A stretch of 32,000 nt of DNA from Bacillota bacterium (GCA_017994615.1 JAGOKM010000006.1:1-32000); one strand, 5' to 3'; counted from the first letter of the stretch, positions 16,961 through 28,221 are shown. The notes: generated from the letters alone by a model not told the origin. Program-made: numbers and translations.

Positions 16961-18217
16961 CTACTCCCTTCTCATCCTGGCGCCGCACCTGGAAAGGCGC
17001 CCCTCGAAGTTCTCATAACCCCTGTCAAGATGGGAAACGTTGTGGATGTGGGTCTCACCTTCGGCGGAAAGCGCAGCCGTCACGAGGGCCGCCGACGCCC
17101 TGAGGTCCGTGGCGTTGACATGCGCTCCGGTGAGCCTGGGCACCCCTTCGATGATGGCGGTCCTGCCGCTGATCTTCACGTCGGCCCCCATCCTGGCAAG
17201 CTCCGGCGCGTGCATGAACCTGTTCTCGAATACGTTCTCCGTAACCTGCGAAGTGCCCTCTGCCGTACAGAGCGCGGCCATGAGCTGGGCCTGCATGTCG
17301 GTCGGGAAGCCTGGGTAGGGCATCGTGGTGACATCGACCGCCTTGAGGCGCCTTTCAGCGCTGACCTTTATCGCCCCCTCGAAAGCCTCTATGCTGGCCC
17401 CGGCCTCGGACAGCTTCGCCTCCAGCGGCTTTACGTGTTCTACCACGACGTTGTCGATGAAGAGAGACCCTCCGGTCGCCGCCGCGATTATCATGAAGGT
17501 CCCAGCCTCTATCCTGTCGGGTATCACGGTATGGGAAGATGCCCCCAGCTGCTCGGTGCCGTCGATCCTGAGCACAGGCGTGCCGGCGCCTCTTACCTTG
17601 GCTCCCATCTTGTTGAGGAAGTTCGCAAGGTCAACTATCTCAGGCTCCCTCGCAGCGTTCTCTATGATAGTCCTTCCTTCGGCCGTGGCTGCGGCCATCA
17701 TTATGTTCTCTGTCGCCCCTACGCTCGGGAAGTCCAAGTATACCCTGTCGCCCTTGAGCCTTCCGTCGACGCTGGCCTTTACGACGCCGCCGCTCATGTC
17801 GATCTTCGCCCCCAGCGCCGCGAAGCCCTTGAGGTGCAAGTCGATCGGCCTTGCGCCTATGGCGCAGCCGCCCGGCTGGTAGATATGCGCGCTGCCCAAC
17901 CTAGCAAGCAGGGGCCCCATGACGAGAAACGACGCCCTCATGGCCCTGACCATCTCATAAGGCGGTTCGTTGCCGTCGAGGGCGGTGGAATCGACGGTCA
18001 GGACGTTGCCCTCCATGATCACATGGGCGCCCAGCGCCTCCACCACGCCCCGCATCGTCTCGATGTCCTTGAGCCTCGGGACGTCCTCTATCGTCGATAT
18101 GCCTGAGGGAAGCAGGGCAGCGGCTATCAGGGGCAGGGACGAGTTCTTCGCCCCTCCCACCCTTACGGTTCCGTCTATCTTCCTGCCGCCTTCTACTACA
18201 AGCGTGTTTAGATCCAT
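16961..18217 (-). CDS. murA: UDP-N-acetylglucosamine 1-carboxyvinyltransferase
   Basis: 418 aa. GGRKIDGTVRVGGAKNSSLPLIAAALL, active-site loop QPGGCAIGARPIDLH, GYPTDMQAQ-like PYPGFPTDMQAQLMA. Confidence 0.97.
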   Translation of the reverse strand: MDLNTLVVEGGRKIDGTVRVGGAKNSSLPLIAAALLPSGISTIEDVPRLKDIETMRGVVEALGAHVIMEGNVLTVDSTALDGNEPPYEMVRAMRASFLVMGPLLARLGSAHIYQPGGCAIGARPIDLHLKGFAALGAKIDMSGGVVKASVDGRLKGDRVYLDFPSVGATENIMMAAATAEGRTIIENAAREPEIVDLANFLNKMGAKVRGAGTPVLRIDGTEQLGASSHTVIPDRIEAGTFMIIAAATGGSLFIDNVVVEHVKPLEAKLSEAGASIEAFEGAIKVSAERRLKAVDVTTMPYPGFPTDMQAQLMAALCTAEGTSQVTENVFENRFMHAPELARMGADVKISGRTAIIEGVPRLTGAHVNATDLRASAALVTAALSAEGETHIHNVSHLDRGYENFEGRLSRCGARMRRE

Positions 18218-18234
18218 TTCGTTACCTCCGGAAC

Positions 18235-19374
18235 CTATGCGTAATCCTCGGGCCTTGATGAAAGGCCGAAGGAGTATTTCACGGCTTCTGTTATCCTCGA
18301 CGACGCCTTGCCGTCCCCGAAAGGGTTGCGGCTGCCTGACATCCTCTTGTATTCCTTCTCGTCCTCGAGCAGCTCCCCTGCCATCCGCCTTATGACGCGC
18401 GGGTCTGTGCCTGCGAGCTTAAGCGTGCCGGCATCCAGCCCCTCGGCCCTTTCGGTCACGTTCCTCAGGACGAGCACCGGCTTTCCGAGCGAAGGGGCCT
18501 CCTCCTGTATGCCGCCCGAATCGCTCATGCAGAAGTAGGAGTTCTTCATGGCCAGCACCATGTCCGGATAAGACATCGGCCGGGTAAGATGGCATCTGTC
18601 GACGCCGTCCAGCAGGCCTCGGACCGTCGATGCGACACGCGGGTTCGGATGCACCGGCAGCAGGACCTTCACGTCAGGGTAGTCTTGAAGGATGCCCTTT
18701 ACGGCCGCGCAGATGTTCTCTATCCCTTCGCCGATGCTCTCCCTCCTGTGGGCGGTCACGAGGATCAGGCGCCCCGGTCCGAACACCGCCTCGGCCAGGT
18801 CGCCGTCCTCAAGCCTGTCGACCCTTGAGGCCGTCTTGAGCACCGCGTCGACCGCGGTGTTGCCTGTCACGAAGATCGACTCCGGCGCGACGCCCTCTTC
18901 GGTGAGGTTCCTCCTGTGGGTGCCAAGCGGGGCGAAGTGCAAGTCGGCAAGGCTTCCTATCAGCTTCCTGTTCATCTCCTCGGGGAACGGGTTGAACTTG
19001 TCGTGAGTCCGCAGCCCCGCTTCGACGTGCCCCACCTTGATGCCAGAATAGAAAGACGCAAGGGATACCACGAAACCTGTCGATGTGTCCCCGTGCACCA
19101 GCACGAGGTCCGGCTTTGCCTCTGCCAAAGCCTCCATGCATGCAGGAAGCCCTCTGGTTACGATGTCGGCGAGGCTCTGGTCCGGCTTCATTATCCCGAG
19201 GTCCATGTCGGGCTCCACACCGAAGACCCTCAGGACATCGTCCAGCATCTGCCTGTGCTGCCCCGTCGAAAGGGCGAGCACCTCCAGGTCCGGCTCCTTT
19301 TTGAGCGCTTCTACCACCGGCATCATCTTTATGGTGTCGGGCCTGGTTCCGAAGGCCGCCATTATCCTCTTCAA
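18235..19374 (-). CDS. wecB: UDP-N-acetylglucosamine 2-epimerase (non-hydrolysing)
   Basis: FGTRPDTIKMMPVV, STGQHRQMLDDVL, DLVLVHGDTSTGF, HVEAGLRT, SDSGGIQEEAP. The start is placed near the TTG (19374) that overlaps the wecA stop, with ATG 19362 as alternative. The track ORF begins upstream in non-homologous sequence. Confidence 0.93.
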   Translation of the reverse strand: MKRIMAAFGTRPDTIKMMPVVEALKKEPDLEVLALSTGQHRQMLDDVLRVFGVEPDMDLGIMKPDQSLADIVTRGLPACMEALAEAKPDLVLVHGDTSTGFVVSLASFYSGIKVGHVEAGLRTHDKFNPFPEEMNRKLIGSLADLHFAPLGTHRRNLTEEGVAPESIFVTGNTAVDAVLKTASRVDRLEDGDLAEAVFGPGRLILVTAHRRESIGEGIENICAAVKGILQDYPDVKVLLPVHPNPRVASTVRGLLDGVDRCHLTRPMSYPDMVLAMKNSYFCMSDSGGIQEEAPSLGKPVLVLRNVTERAEGLDAGTLKLAGTDPRVIRRMAGELLEDEKEYKRMSGSRNPFGDGKASSRITEAVKYSFGLSSRPEDYA

Positions 19375-20426
19375 CCTTTGCGTACCATCCTCTCCCTTAT
19401 CTTCCGCCCGAGCTTCCCCAGCTTGAACATGCCGGCTACCGCCCCCAGGCCGATTAGCGCGGCGAAGGCCACGAAGGCGATGAACCATCCCTTTGAGGTC
19501 GCATCCTGCCTGGAGATGTAATAGCCGGTAAGGGAGAGTACCACTGTGACAGCGTAGATTATGCCCACCGCCTGCCTCTGGGTAAGCCCCATCTTCAGCA
19601 GCCTGTGGTGTATGTGCTGGTCGTCGCCCTCCCCTATGCTGGCCTTCCTGGCCACGCGCCTTAGTATGGCGAGAGTAGTGTCCATCACGGCCACCCCCAT
19701 CAGGACGACAGGTATTGCTATAGTCAGGGTGGCCGGCCCTTTAAGCGCGCCGACGGCGCTGATGCCGCCCATGGCGGCCCCTATGAACATCGCACCCGTG
19801 TCGCCCATGAATATCTGGGCGGGGTGGAAGTTGTGCCATAGGAAGCCCAAGCAGGAGCCCGACAGTATGACCGAGATTATCGCGACGTCGATGTGCCCTT
19901 TGCCGTAGGCTATTATGCCCAGTCCCATCGAACTTATAGCAACAACCCCGGACGCCAGGCCGTCGAGACCGTCAAGGAAGTTTACTGCGTTCACGAAGGA
20001 GAGTATCCACACTACGCTGAACGGGTAAGACAGCCATCCCAGGTATATCATGCCTCCGAGCGGGTCCGATATGAACTCCATGCGCACTCCCATGTACACC
20101 ATGGCGGTCGCGCCTATGAGCTGGCCTGCGAACTTCACCAACGGCCTGAGCTCAAGGATGTCGTCTATTACGCCGACTGCCATTATGAAGCCCGACCCTA
20201 GTATCAGCCCCCGCACCCAGCCTGACAGCTCCAAGCGCATCAGCGACGTCGCAAGGAAGGCTACGAATATCGCGAGCCCGCCGATGAGCGGGACGGGCCT
20301 TTCATGTATGTGCCTGCCCCTGGGTTTGTCGACTATGCCTGCCTTCGTGGCCAGCCAGCCCACGGCCGGTGTCAGCGCAAGGGATATGGCCGTTGCGAGC
20401 ATGAAGCCTATTGCCATGAGGTTCAA
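19371..20426 (-). CDS. wecA: Undecaprenyl-phosphate glycosyl-1-phosphate transferase (WecA/TagO family)
   Basis: 351 aa, multi-[54 protein letters not shown]. Confidence 0.95.
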   Translation of the reverse strand: MNLMAIGFMLATAISLALTPAVGWLATKAGIVDKPRGRHIHERPVPLIGGLAIFVAFLATSLMRLELSGWVRGLILGSGFIMAVGVIDDILELRPLVKFAGQLIGATAMVYMGVRMEFISDPLGGMIYLGWLSYPFSVVWILSFVNAVNFLDGLDGLASGVVAISSMGLGIIAYGKGHIDVAIISVILSGSCLGFLWHNFHPAQIFMGDTGAMFIGAAMGGISAVGALKGPATLTIAIPVVLMGVAVMDTTLAILRRVARKASIGEGDDQHIHHRLLKMGLTQRQAVGIIYAVTVVLSLTGYYISRQDATSKGWFIAFVAFAALIGLGAVAGMFKLGKLGRKIRERMVRKG

Positions 20427-20890
20427 TTCTCGGTAGCTCCTTCCGGATCAAGCCTTCTGAGCCTGATGCCCGCCTCGGCCAGCATGGAAACCGACATGTC
20501 GTCTGGGTATCCGCCCTCGTAGACGATTTCCGTTATGCCTGCGTTTATGAGCATCTTGGCGCACACCACGCAAGGCTGGAAGGTGCAGTAGATCGTGCTG
20601 CCGTCCAGCTGCACGCCATGCACCGCCGCCTGTATGATGCAGTTCTGCTCGGCGTGGAGCCCCCGGCAGAGCTCGTGCCTCTGCCCGGAGGGGATGTTCA
20701 GCTGCTGCCTTATGCAGCCGACCTCCTCGCAGTGCCTCAGGCCCTTGGGGGTACCGTTGTAGCCGGTGGCGAGTATCCGCCTGTCGTTCACCGCTATGGC
20801 GCCTACGCTGCGCCTCAGGCATGTAGACCTTGTGGCCACCATCCTGGCTATGTCCATGAAATACCTGTCCCAGCTGGGCCTGGAGTTCAT
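20423..20890 (-). CDS. dCMP deaminase / ComEB-like cytidine deaminase
   Basis: 155 aa. Zinc-binding [15 protein letters not shown] and [16 protein letters not shown]. 4-nt overlap with wecA. Confidence 0.93.
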   Translation of the reverse strand: MNSRPSWDRYFMDIARMVATRSTCLRRSVGAIAVNDRRILATGYNGTPKGLRHCEEVGCIRQQLNIPSGQRHELCRGLHAEQNCIIQAAVHGVQLDGSTIYCTFQPCVVCAKMLINAGITEIVYEGGYPDDMSVSMLAEAGIRLRRLDPEGATEN

Positions 20891-20903
20891 AGGGAGGTCC
20901 TCC

Positions 20904-21992
20904 TCACTTCGTTCCGTAAAGCCTGTCGCCCGCGTCTCCCAGCCCCGGCACGATGTAACCGTGGTCGTTCAGCTTCTCGTCGACCGCAGCTACGTAGATC
21001 TCCACGTCCGGATGGGCCTCGAGGATCTTCCTTATCCCGACCGGGGCGGATACTATGGAGACAACCTTGATGCTCCTGGCGCCGGCCTCCTTGAGCAGGT
21101 CTATCCCTTTGACTATCGTGCCGCCCGTCGCCAGCATCGGATCCACCAGGATCATGCTCCTCTCGGAGGTGTCGAGGGGCAGCTTGGAATAGTACTGGAC
21201 GGGCATGAGCGTCTCGGGGTCTCTGTAAAGGCCTATGTGACCCATCCTTGCGCCGGGCATCATCTCAAGTATCGATTCGGCCATCGCAAGCCCGGCCCTC
21301 AGAACCGCCACTATGCCGAAATGCTTGCCCGCCATGACCTTCGCCTTGGCCTTGCATATGGGAGTCTCGATGTCTACTTCTGCAAGCGGCACGTCCCTTG
21401 TCACTTCATAGGCCATCAGCTTCGCCATCTCGGACACCAGCTCCCTGAAGTGCCTGGGCTCGGTGTCCTTCTGCCTCATGAGGCACAGTTTGTGCTGTAT
21501 CAGCGGGTGCTCTATGACATGCACGTTCGCATGGCCCTCCCAGCCGCCCTTTGGGGCGGGGGCCTCCTCCAGCTTGCACACGCGCCTCCTGTGCCTGCCC
21601 TCCTGGAACTCGGCCGCAAGCCATGTCTCCAGCATCTCGGGTGCTATCTCCGCGCTCGGGGTGCGGGCCCCTATGCACATCACGTTCGCGTCGTTGTGCT
21701 CCCTTGACAGCCTTGCGGTCTCAAGGTCGTATACTACAGCCGCCCTTATCCCGGGCACTTTGTTCGCCTTGATTGACATGCCTATGCCGGTCCCGCAGAT
21801 GAGGACCCCCCTGTCCGCCTCGCCTCGCGCCACGTCCTCTGCCACGAGGGCCGCGAAGTCAGGGTAGTCAACCGACGTCGAAACGTAAGTCCCGCGGTCA
21901 ACAGCAGTATGACCGAGGGATTGGATCTTGCCTATAAGCTTCTTCTTAAGGTCGAAACCAGCGTGGTCGGAACCGATGGAAACCTTCATCAT
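20904..21992 (-). CDS. Fused ribose-5-phosphate isomerase B plus uracil phosphoribosyltransferase
   Basis: 362 aa. Residues to about 145 are RpiB ([52 protein letters not shown]). Residues ~157-362 are full-length Upp ([35 protein letters not shown]). Confidence 0.93.
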   Translation of the reverse strand: MMKVSIGSDHAGFDLKKKLIGKIQSLGHTAVDRGTYVSTSVDYPDFAALVAEDVARGEADRGVLICGTGIGMSIKANKVPGIRAAVVYDLETARLSREHNDANVMCIGARTPSAEIAPEMLETWLAAEFQEGRHRRRVCKLEEAPAPKGGWEGHANVHVIEHPLIQHKLCLMRQKDTEPRHFRELVSEMAKLMAYEVTRDVPLAEVDIETPICKAKAKVMAGKHFGIVAVLRAGLAMAESILEMMPGARMGHIGLYRDPETLMPVQYYSKLPLDTSERSMILVDPMLATGGTIVKGIDLLKEAGARSIKVVSIVSAPVGIRKILEAHPDVEIYVAAVDEKLNDHGYIVPGLGDAGDRLYGTK

Positions 21993-22007
21993 CGCACCTC
22001 CGGAACG

Positions 22008-23105
22008 TCATCTCTCCTCGACCGTGAAAACCCTGCCGTCGCAGGCCCTGATGAGGCGGTTCATGACCGCGAACCCCGGGCCTTCCTCGACGTATGAAGT
22101 AGCCAGTATGATGTCCACCTCGGACATGTCCAGCTGCCTCAGGCATGAGAAGAGCGACGAGGCGACCTCGCTCATTTTCTCTCGCCTGCCTGTCGCCGCA
22201 TAGACTATGTCCGAATCAAGGCTCGGGGCGTCAGCGGCCGAAAGCCCGGCCAGCCTTGCCGATTTCCTTATCTTCTCTATCTCGCCGGTGGCGGCGAGAA
22301 TGCCCACCCTGCTGGAGTTCCTGGCCAGGGAGACCATCTCCCTGCCTATCGTGGATATCTGCTCTTCGACGGGCCCTTTGTAAAGGAAAAGGGGGGCCCT
22401 CGGGGCGTAGTGCCTGTGCCTCAATCCCGGCGACCTGGCTGGCCCGTCCGGGTTGTCCATCCCCATCTCGATGGACGGAAGCACCAGCTTGATATCCTCC
22501 AGCCCCAATCCGCCCGGCCTTAAGAGGCTCGGCATCGGGCCGCTCATGTCTACCACCGTCGATTCGACGCCTATCCTCGCCGGTCCGCCGTCGATCACCA
22601 TGTCTATTACCCCGGAGAGGTCGCTCATCACATGCTCCCCGCTAGTCGTGCTGGGCCGGCCCGATACGTTGGCGGAAGGGGCAGCGATCGGCACGCCGGA
22701 TGCTTCTATCAACCTCAAGGCTATGTCGTTCGCCGGCATCCTTATGGCCACGGTCTTAAGGCCCGCCGTCACCACATCCGGCACGATGGGCCTCTTCTTC
22801 AGCACCATCGTCAAAGGCCCTGGCCAGAACATATGGGCCAGGCGAAGGGCGTCATCCGGCACCTCCGAGGCCAGCTCATGGAGCGACTCCATGTCGGAGA
22901 TGTGCAGGATGAGGGGGTTGTCCTGGGGCCTTCCTTTGGCTTTGAATATCTTTGCCACCGCATCCGGGTCGAATCCGTTGGCGCCGAGTCCGTATACGGT
23001 CTCCGTCGGGAAGGCGACCAGCCCCCCGGCCTTTATGATCCCAGCCGCCTTCTGTATGCCCCCCTCGTTAATCCCGGAGGTCATGTTGACGTAGACGGTA
23101 TCCAT
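22008..23105 (-). CDS. L-threonylcarbamoyladenylate synthase (Sua5/YwlC)
   Basis: 365 aa. GGLVAFPTETVYGLGAN, FKAKGRPQDNPL, SANVSGRPSTT, GLRHRHYAPRAPL followed by a Sua5 C-terminal domain. Confidence 0.95.
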   Translation of the reverse strand: MDTVYVNMTSGINEGGIQKAAGIIKAGGLVAFPTETVYGLGANGFDPDAVAKIFKAKGRPQDNPLILHISDMESLHELASEVPDDALRLAHMFWPGPLTMVLKKRPIVPDVVTAGLKTVAIRMPANDIALRLIEASGVPIAAPSANVSGRPSTTSGEHVMSDLSGVIDMVIDGGPARIGVESTVVDMSGPMPSLLRPGGLGLEDIKLVLPSIEMGMDNPDGPARSPGLRHRHYAPRAPLFLYKGPVEEQISTIGREMVSLARNSSRVGILAATGEIEKIRKSARLAGLSAADAPSLDSDIVYAATGRREKMSEVASSLFSCLRQLDMSEVDIILATSYVEEGPGFAVMNRLIRACDGRVFTVEER

Positions 23106-23117
23106 GGGAAGCCTCCT

Positions 23118-23990
23118 TCATGCGGTCGCTAGCACTACCCTGTCCAGTCCTGCAAGGTCCTTCCGGATGCGGACCTGCTTGAAGCCCGCCTCATGGAGCA
23201 TCGACGATACTGGCCCGGACTGGCTGCTGCCTATCTCCATCACTAGAGACCCTTGCGGCTTGATCCATACCGGGGCCTCCGTGCAGATCCTCCTATAGAA
23301 TTGAAGCCCGTCCGGGCCTCCGTCGAGGGCCAGCCTCGGCTCATGCCTTGCTACCTCCGGTTCCAGCCCGTCGATCTCCGAGCTTGCGATATAGGGCGGG
23401 TTTGCCATGATTACGTCGAACTTGCCCCTGAAGCCCTCCGGCAGCGCGTCGAAAAGGTCGCCTGAAAACAGCTCGGTCCTGTCCGACAGGCCGTATTCCG
23501 ACACGTTCCTGCTGGCCACTTCGAGGGCGCATTCCGAGATGTCAGTGAATACGATATGGGCGCCAGGCACGCTGATGGCGAAATGGATGCCGGCAGCCCC
23601 GGCCCCGCAGCACAGCTCCGCAGCCAGCGGCCGCTCAAGCCCCCCGGCGGCCTCCACCGCCGCCTCCGCCATGAGCTCGGTTTCAGGCCTGGGTACCAGT
23701 ACATCCCTGCTTACGTGCAGCTGCCTGCCCATGAATTCCTTCCTTCCGGTTATATACGCCACGGGCTCCCGCCTTCCGCGCCTCATTATGGCCTGCCTGT
23801 AAAGGTCCACCGTCCGCTCGTCGAGCCCCCGGTCGAAGCCCACGTAGAGCTGGATCCTGCTGCAACCGAGAATGTCCGCCAGCAGCACCTCGGCATCGAG
23901 CCTCGGCGAGGACGACCCTCTGGCCGCCAGGTATGATGCCGACCTGTTAAGAAGGTCCAGCACCGTCGGGCGAGCCCCCGTTTCATTCAT
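23118..23990 (-). CDS. prmC: Peptide chain release factor N5-glutamine methyltransferase
   Basis: 290 aa. [15 protein letters not shown] and NPPY motif ([10 protein letters not shown]). Overlaps prfA by 8 nt. Confidence 0.96.
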   Translation of the reverse strand: MNETGARPTVLDLLNRSASYLAARGSSSPRLDAEVLLADILGCSRIQLYVGFDRGLDERTVDLYRQAIMRRGRREPVAYITGRKEFMGRQLHVSRDVLVPRPETELMAEAAVEAAGGLERPLAAELCCGAGAAGIHFAISVPGAHIVFTDISECALEVASRNVSEYGLSDRTELFSGDLFDALPEGFRGKFDVIMANPPYIASSEIDGLEPEVARHEPRLALDGGPDGLQFYRRICTEAPVWIKPQGSLVMEIGSSQSGPVSSMLHEAGFKQVRIRKDLAGLDRVVLATA

Positions 23991-25050
23991 CCTTCTTCAG
24001 CCTTTCGCTCTGCTCGCTCAAAACCAGCGCGTCTATCACCTCGTCTATGTCGCCGTCCATGATCAGGTCAAGCTTGTGCAGTGTAAGCCCTATCCTGTGG
24101 TCGGTCATGCGGTTCTGCGGGAAGTTGTAGGTCCTTATGCGCTCGGAGCGGTCCCCGGTGCCCACCAGGCTCTTCCTGTGCTGCGAGTACTTGGACTGCT
24201 GCTCTTCTATCGTCTTCTCAAGGAGCCTCGACCTTAGGACCTTCATAGCCTTCTCCTTGTTCTTAAGCTGCGACCTCTCGTCCTGGCACTGCACGACCAG
24301 CCCGGATGGGATGTGGGTTATCCTCACGGCAGAGTCCGTCATGTTCACGCTCTGGCCGCCGTGGCCTCCCGAGCGGAAGACGTCCACTCTCAGGTCGTTG
24401 GGGTTGATCTCGACGTCCACCTCCTCGGCCTCGGGCATCACCGCCACGGTGGCGGCAGAAGTGTGTATCCTGCCCTGTGCTTCGGTATCGGGCACCCTCT
24501 GCACCCTGTGGACGCCTGATTCGAATTTCAACCTCGAGTATACCTGGTCTCCGGAGATCATCACTATGACCTCCTTGAACCCGCCAAGGCCCGTCTCGGA
24601 GGAGCTCATCATCTCCAGCTTCCAGCCCTTCCTCTCGGCGTACCTTCCGTACATCCTGAGAAGGTCCCCTGCGAACAGGGCCGCCTCGTCCCCGCCGGTC
24701 CCAGCACGTATCTCCAGCATGACGTTCTTCTCGTCCAGAGGGTCCTTTGGAAGCAGCAGCAACTTTAGCTTCTCTATAAGGCGCTCCTTCTCTTTTTCGA
24801 GGCCCTGGACCTCTTCGGAGGCCATGGCCTTCAGCTCCGGGTCCTCCTCGTGCCACATTATCTCCTGGGCCCCGGACAGCTGTTCTTCCACCGTCCTGAG
24901 CCTCCTGAAGCTTTCGACTATGGGCTGCAGCGAGCTGTGCGCCTTGCTCGTCTTCCTGAACTGCTCCATGTCGGACACGACATCGGGGGAGGACAGGCTC
25001 GCTTCGAGCTCCTCGAACCTCTTCTCAACGTCGACCAGCTTCTCTATCAT
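23983..25050 (-). CDS. prfA: Peptide chain release factor 1
   Basis: 355 aa. [52 protein letters not shown] (GGQ motif). Confidence 0.97.
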   Translation of the reverse strand: MIEKLVDVEKRFEELEASLSSPDVVSDMEQFRKTSKAHSSLQPIVESFRRLRTVEEQLSGAQEIMWHEEDPELKAMASEEVQGLEKEKERLIEKLKLLLLPKDPLDEKNVMLEIRAGTGGDEAALFAGDLLRMYGRYAERKGWKLEMMSSSETGLGGFKEVIVMISGDQVYSRLKFESGVHRVQRVPDTEAQGRIHTSAATVAVMPEAEEVDVEINPNDLRVDVFRSGGHGGQSVNMTDSAVRITHIPSGLVVQCQDERSQLKNKEKAMKVLRSRLLEKTIEEQQSKYSQHRKSLVGTGDRSERIRTYNFPQNRMTDHRIGLTLHKLDLIMDGDIDEVIDALVLSEQSERLKKDE

Positions 25051-25967
25051 CGGAATCCCCCTTGAGCCGCCCCGGCGTCAGCCATATGAGAAGCAGGCTC
25101 AGGTTCGCCGTCCATCTCCAGGGCCCCCCTGAACGCCGCCAGAGCCACTTCTACCATGCTGTCGTCGGGCTCCTTGGTGGTTAGCTTCTGCAGCTGGAGG
25201 CCAGGATATGATACAGCGCGCAGTATGGCGCTCTCGCGCCTCCTTGCGGCCAGCTTGAACAGCTCATAGGCGAGGCCCGCCACTAAAGGCAGCAGGATGA
25301 CCCTCGAGAGTATCCGCTCGAGCATAGTCTGCCTTCCCAGCAATGAATATATGAGTATGGACATGAACATCACAATAAGGAGGAAGTTCGTCCCGCACCT
25401 GGTATGCATGGTGTTGTGCGCCTGTATGTGCTCCGTGTCTAGCGGCTCGTCGGATTCGTAGGCCGCGATGACCTTGTGCTCGGCGCCATGGTATGCGAAC
25501 AGCCTCCTGATGTCCTTCATGAATGAGATCGCGTAAAGGTATAGGGCGAATATCGTGAGCCTCAACGCCCCTTCGATCAGGTTCACCGCCACTACGCTCC
25601 TGATGTACTTCGTGATTAGCCCTACCAGAAGGTTCGGCACTATTATGAACAGGCCTACGAAAAGGCCGAACGATGCTATCATAGTGAGGGCCACTTCCCA
25701 GCTCGAAAGCTTCTCGTCCTGGCCTGTGGCCTCGTTAGCCGAGAACATCAGGGCATCCATGCCGATTACGAGCGTCTCAACGAAGTTGACTACTCCCCTT
25801 ATGACCGGCAGCTTGAGGATGTGGTGTTTGTCCTGCTGCTTCATGAATTTCTTGTAGATGCTTATCTGCCCGTCGGGCTTCCTTACCGCCACGGCCATGC
25901 CCTTGCGTCCTCTCATCATGACGCCCTCCAGCACCGCCTGGCCTCCGTAACTGTGTTTTTCGCCCAT
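25047..25967 (-). CDS. DUF1385 membrane protein
   Basis: 306 aa. [36 protein letters not shown]-like [30 protein letters not shown]. Confidence 0.93.
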   Translation of the reverse strand: MGEKHSYGGQAVLEGVMMRGRKGMAVAVRKPDGQISIYKKFMKQQDKHHILKLPVIRGVVNFVETLVIGMDALMFSANEATGQDEKLSSWEVALTMIASFGLFVGLFIIVPNLLVGLITKYIRSVVAVNLIEGALRLTIFALYLYAISFMKDIRRLFAYHGAEHKVIAAYESDEPLDTEHIQAHNTMHTRCGTNFLLIVMFMSILIYSLLGRQTMLERILSRVILLPLVAGLAYELFKLAARRRESAILRAVSYPGLQLQKLTTKEPDDSMVEVALAAFRGALEMDGEPEPASHMADAGAAQGGFR

Positions 25968-25978
25968 GTCTTCTCCTC

Positions 25979-26575
25979 TCAGTCGGCCCCCGGCCTTCCT
26001 GGGACCTCATGACACCTGCGGCACCTTGCCTCATAGGATTCGCTTGCGCCGATCATAACTACGGGATCGTCGAACCTGGCGGGCTTGCCGTTCACCAGGC
26101 GTTGGGTCCTAGATGCCGTAGCGCCGCATCTCATGCATATCGCGTTAAGCTTGGTGACGTCCTCCGCCAGGGCCAGCAGCGCTGGCATCGGCCCGAACGG
26201 CTCCCCCCTGAAGTTGGTGTCGAGGCCCGCCACTATTACCCTAACGCCCCCTGAGGCGAGCTTGTCGCACACGCCCACCAGACCTTCGTCGAAGAACTGA
26301 GCCTCGTCTATGGCAACCACCTGTGTGCCTACGGGGATCTTCCCGATCAGGTCGTGGGAATTTGCGACAGGCATGCCTTCAAGCTTGTCCCCGTCATGGG
26401 ACACGACTTCGCTTTGAGAGAACCTGTCGTCTATGGAATGCTTCAGGACGACCACGCGCTGCTTGGCGATCCTCGCCCTTTTCACCCTCCTTATGAGCTC
26501 CTCGCTCTTTCCGGAGAACATGGAACCGCAGATTACCTCTATCCAGCCGCCGGGGTTGCTTACCCTGAGCTCCAT
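25979..26575 (-). CDS. tdk: Thymidine kinase
   Basis: [29 protein letters not shown], zinc-binding CMRCG...CRRC. GGAGG is 8 nt before the second ATG at 26575 but only 2 nt before the first ATG at 26581. Confidence 0.95.
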   Translation of the reverse strand: MELRVSNPGGWIEVICGSMFSGKSEELIRRVKRARIAKQRVVVLKHSIDDRFSQSEVVSHDGDKLEGMPVANSHDLIGKIPVGTQVVAIDEAQFFDEGLVGVCDKLASGGVRVIVAGLDTNFRGEPFGPMPALLALAEDVTKLNAICMRCGATASRTQRLVNGKPARFDDPVVMIGASESYEARCRRCHEVPGRPGAD

Positions 26576-26604
26576 CTGCATTACCTCCAGGAGTGCCTTG
26601 CCAA

Positions 26605-26654
26605 TTAATTATAAAATAATGTCGGAGCCTTAGCATATAGCAAGGCTCCGACAT
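26605..26654 (-). terminator. Rho-independent terminator between rpmE and tdk
   Basis: Perfect 13-bp stem ATGTCGGAGCCTT / AAGGCTCCGACAT (26619-26631 with 26642-26654), followed on the minus strand by TATTTTATAATTAATT. Confidence 0.8.
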
Positions 26655-26699
26655 ATTCGTCTTAGGGCAAGCAGGCTCGAAGCCGGCTCGCCCGCAGCT

Positions 26700-26897
26700 C
26701 TAAAGGTTGTGCTTCTTGCGGAACTTCTCCACCCTGCCGCCGGTGTCTACTATCCTCTGGACCCCGGTAGTGAAAGGATGGCACTTGGAACAGATCTCGA
26801 CCCTGAGGTTCTCTGCCGTCGAACCCGCCTCGAAGGTCTCGCCGCATGCACAGGTGACTTTCGTCACCTTGTACTTCGGATGTATCTTTTCCTTCAT
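26700..26897 (-). CDS. rpmE: 50S ribosomal protein L31
   Basis: 65 aa. [27 protein letters not shown]...[20 protein letters not shown] Shine-Dalgarno before the ATG at 26897. Confidence 0.97.
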   Translation of the reverse strand: MKEKIHPKYKVTKVTCACGETFEAGSTAENLRVEICSKCHPFTTGVQRIVDTGGRVEKFRKKHNL

Positions 26898-26995
26898 TTC
26901 GTTCACCTCCACAAAAGAGAAGGAACTGTCTCTTTGACGTAAAGCAATAAGTAGTTTAACACAATGCCCTGGAAGAATGGAAGCGGAATCTATCC

Positions 26996-28165
26996 TCACC
27001 AGGCCCTGAAAATCAGGAACTTCAGGTACTCCGTCTCGGGCATCGAAAGCAGCTGCGTATGGTCCCTCGCCTGCGACCTTGCCTCCACAAGCTGGAGGTA
27101 CCTGCCGGCGTCGGCGCCTGCCGAGGCTATGACGTCCTTGAACATCTCCATGTCTATATGCTGCGAACAGCTCGATGTTACGAGATATCCGCCCGGCCTG
27201 GTCAGCTTGATGCCCCTCAGGTTTATCTCCTTGTATCCTCTCAGGGCGCCTTCTATCGCTTCCTTGTTCCTCGTAAAGGGCGGCGGGTCCAGCATTACTA
27301 GGTCGTAAGACGCCCCGTCCCTTACTAAGCCGTTCAGCTCGTCGAACGCGTTCACCGCGCTGAACCGGCTTATGCCTGCAAGGCCGTTTATCGATGCGTT
27401 GTGCCTGGCCTTCTCTATGGCCTGCCCGCTCATGTCCATGAAATGGACGCTCCTTGCGCCGCGTAGCCCCGCTAATATGCCGAAGCTGCCGTTGTAGCAG
27501 AAGGCGTCCAGGACGTCTGCATCCTTCGCAAAGCCGGCTGCGACAAGCCTGTTCTCCCTCTGGTCAAGGTAATAGCCCGTCTTCTGGCCGGTGGAGACGT
27601 CTATGTCCATGAGCGAGCCGTTCTCCCTTATCCTTACAGCCGTGTCGAACTGTTCCATCAGGAAGCCCTGCTTCGGTTCGAGGCCCTCGTACCTTCGGAC
27701 GGGCATGTCGTTCCTCTCATAGGCCTTCCTGGTGCCCAGCAGCTCGGATACCAAGGAGGCGAACATCCCCTTCCTCATATCCATCCCGAGGGTGGTCGTC
27801 TGCAGGACGAATACGTCCTCGTAGACGTCAACCGTAAGGCCCGGCAGCATGTCGCCCTCGCTGTTTACAAGCCTGTAACAGGTAGCCCCCTGGGCCACCA
27901 GCCTCCTGTAGTCCAGACAGCCCGCAAGGGCGCGCCTGAAGAACTCCTCGTCGACCGGCACGTCTTTCCTTGTGAGCATCCTCGCCTTCAGCGTGTCCGA
28001 GCCGCTTACCATAGCCTTCCCCAAAAAAACGCCCTGGAAGTTTACTACATCGGCTATGTCGCCCGGCGCAGCGGATTCTATGGCCTCTATCTCGCCTTCG
28101 AATATCCACAGGTGCCCCGATCTTATTCTCCTGTCCTTCCCCTTGTAGATCCTGATCCTTCCCAA
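26996..28165 (-). CDS. rlmI: Class I SAM-dependent rRNA methyltransferase (RlmI-like)
   Basis: 389 aa. PUA-like N-terminus ([15 protein letters not shown]), [43 protein letters not shown]. Confidence 0.93.
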   Translation of the reverse strand: MGRIRIYKGKDRRIRSGHLWIFEGEIEAIESAAPGDIADVVNFQGVFLGKAMVSGSDTLKARMLTRKDVPVDEEFFRRALAGCLDYRRLVAQGATCYRLVNSEGDMLPGLTVDVYEDVFVLQTTTLGMDMRKGMFASLVSELLGTRKAYERNDMPVRRYEGLEPKQGFLMEQFDTAVRIRENGSLMDIDVSTGQKTGYYLDQRENRLVAAGFAKDADVLDAFCYNGSFGILAGLRGARSVHFMDMSGQAIEKARHNASINGLAGISRFSAVNAFDELNGLVRDGASYDLVMLDPPPFTRNKEAIEGALRGYKEINLRGIKLTRPGGYLVTSSCSQHIDMEMFKDVIASAGADAGRYLQLVEARSQARDHTQLLSMPETEYLKFLIFRAW

Positions 28166-28184
28166 ATCGAAGCCCTCCGATGGT

Positions 28185-28221
28185 GGCGCCGCGGATTTGA
28201 CCCAGTCACCTCCGCGGCGCC
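28185..28221. promoter_or_regulatory. Perfect 11-bp GC-rich inverted repeat between the FN3 gene and rlmI
   Basis: GGCGCCGCGGA - 15 nt - TCCGCGGCGCC. No U tract follows. Confidence 0.6.

Noticed and set aside
16952-18106. 384-aa plus-strand ORF
   Set aside because: Exact antisense of murA, which has clear motifs; the plus-strand translation is low complexity and His/Arg-rich.
20766-21707. 313-aa plus-strand ORF
   Set aside because: Antisense to the dCMP deaminase start and the RpiB-Upp fusion; no coherent domain.
24137-25132. 331-aa plus-strand ORF
   Set aside because: Antisense to prfA with a Ser-rich shadow translation and no family signal.
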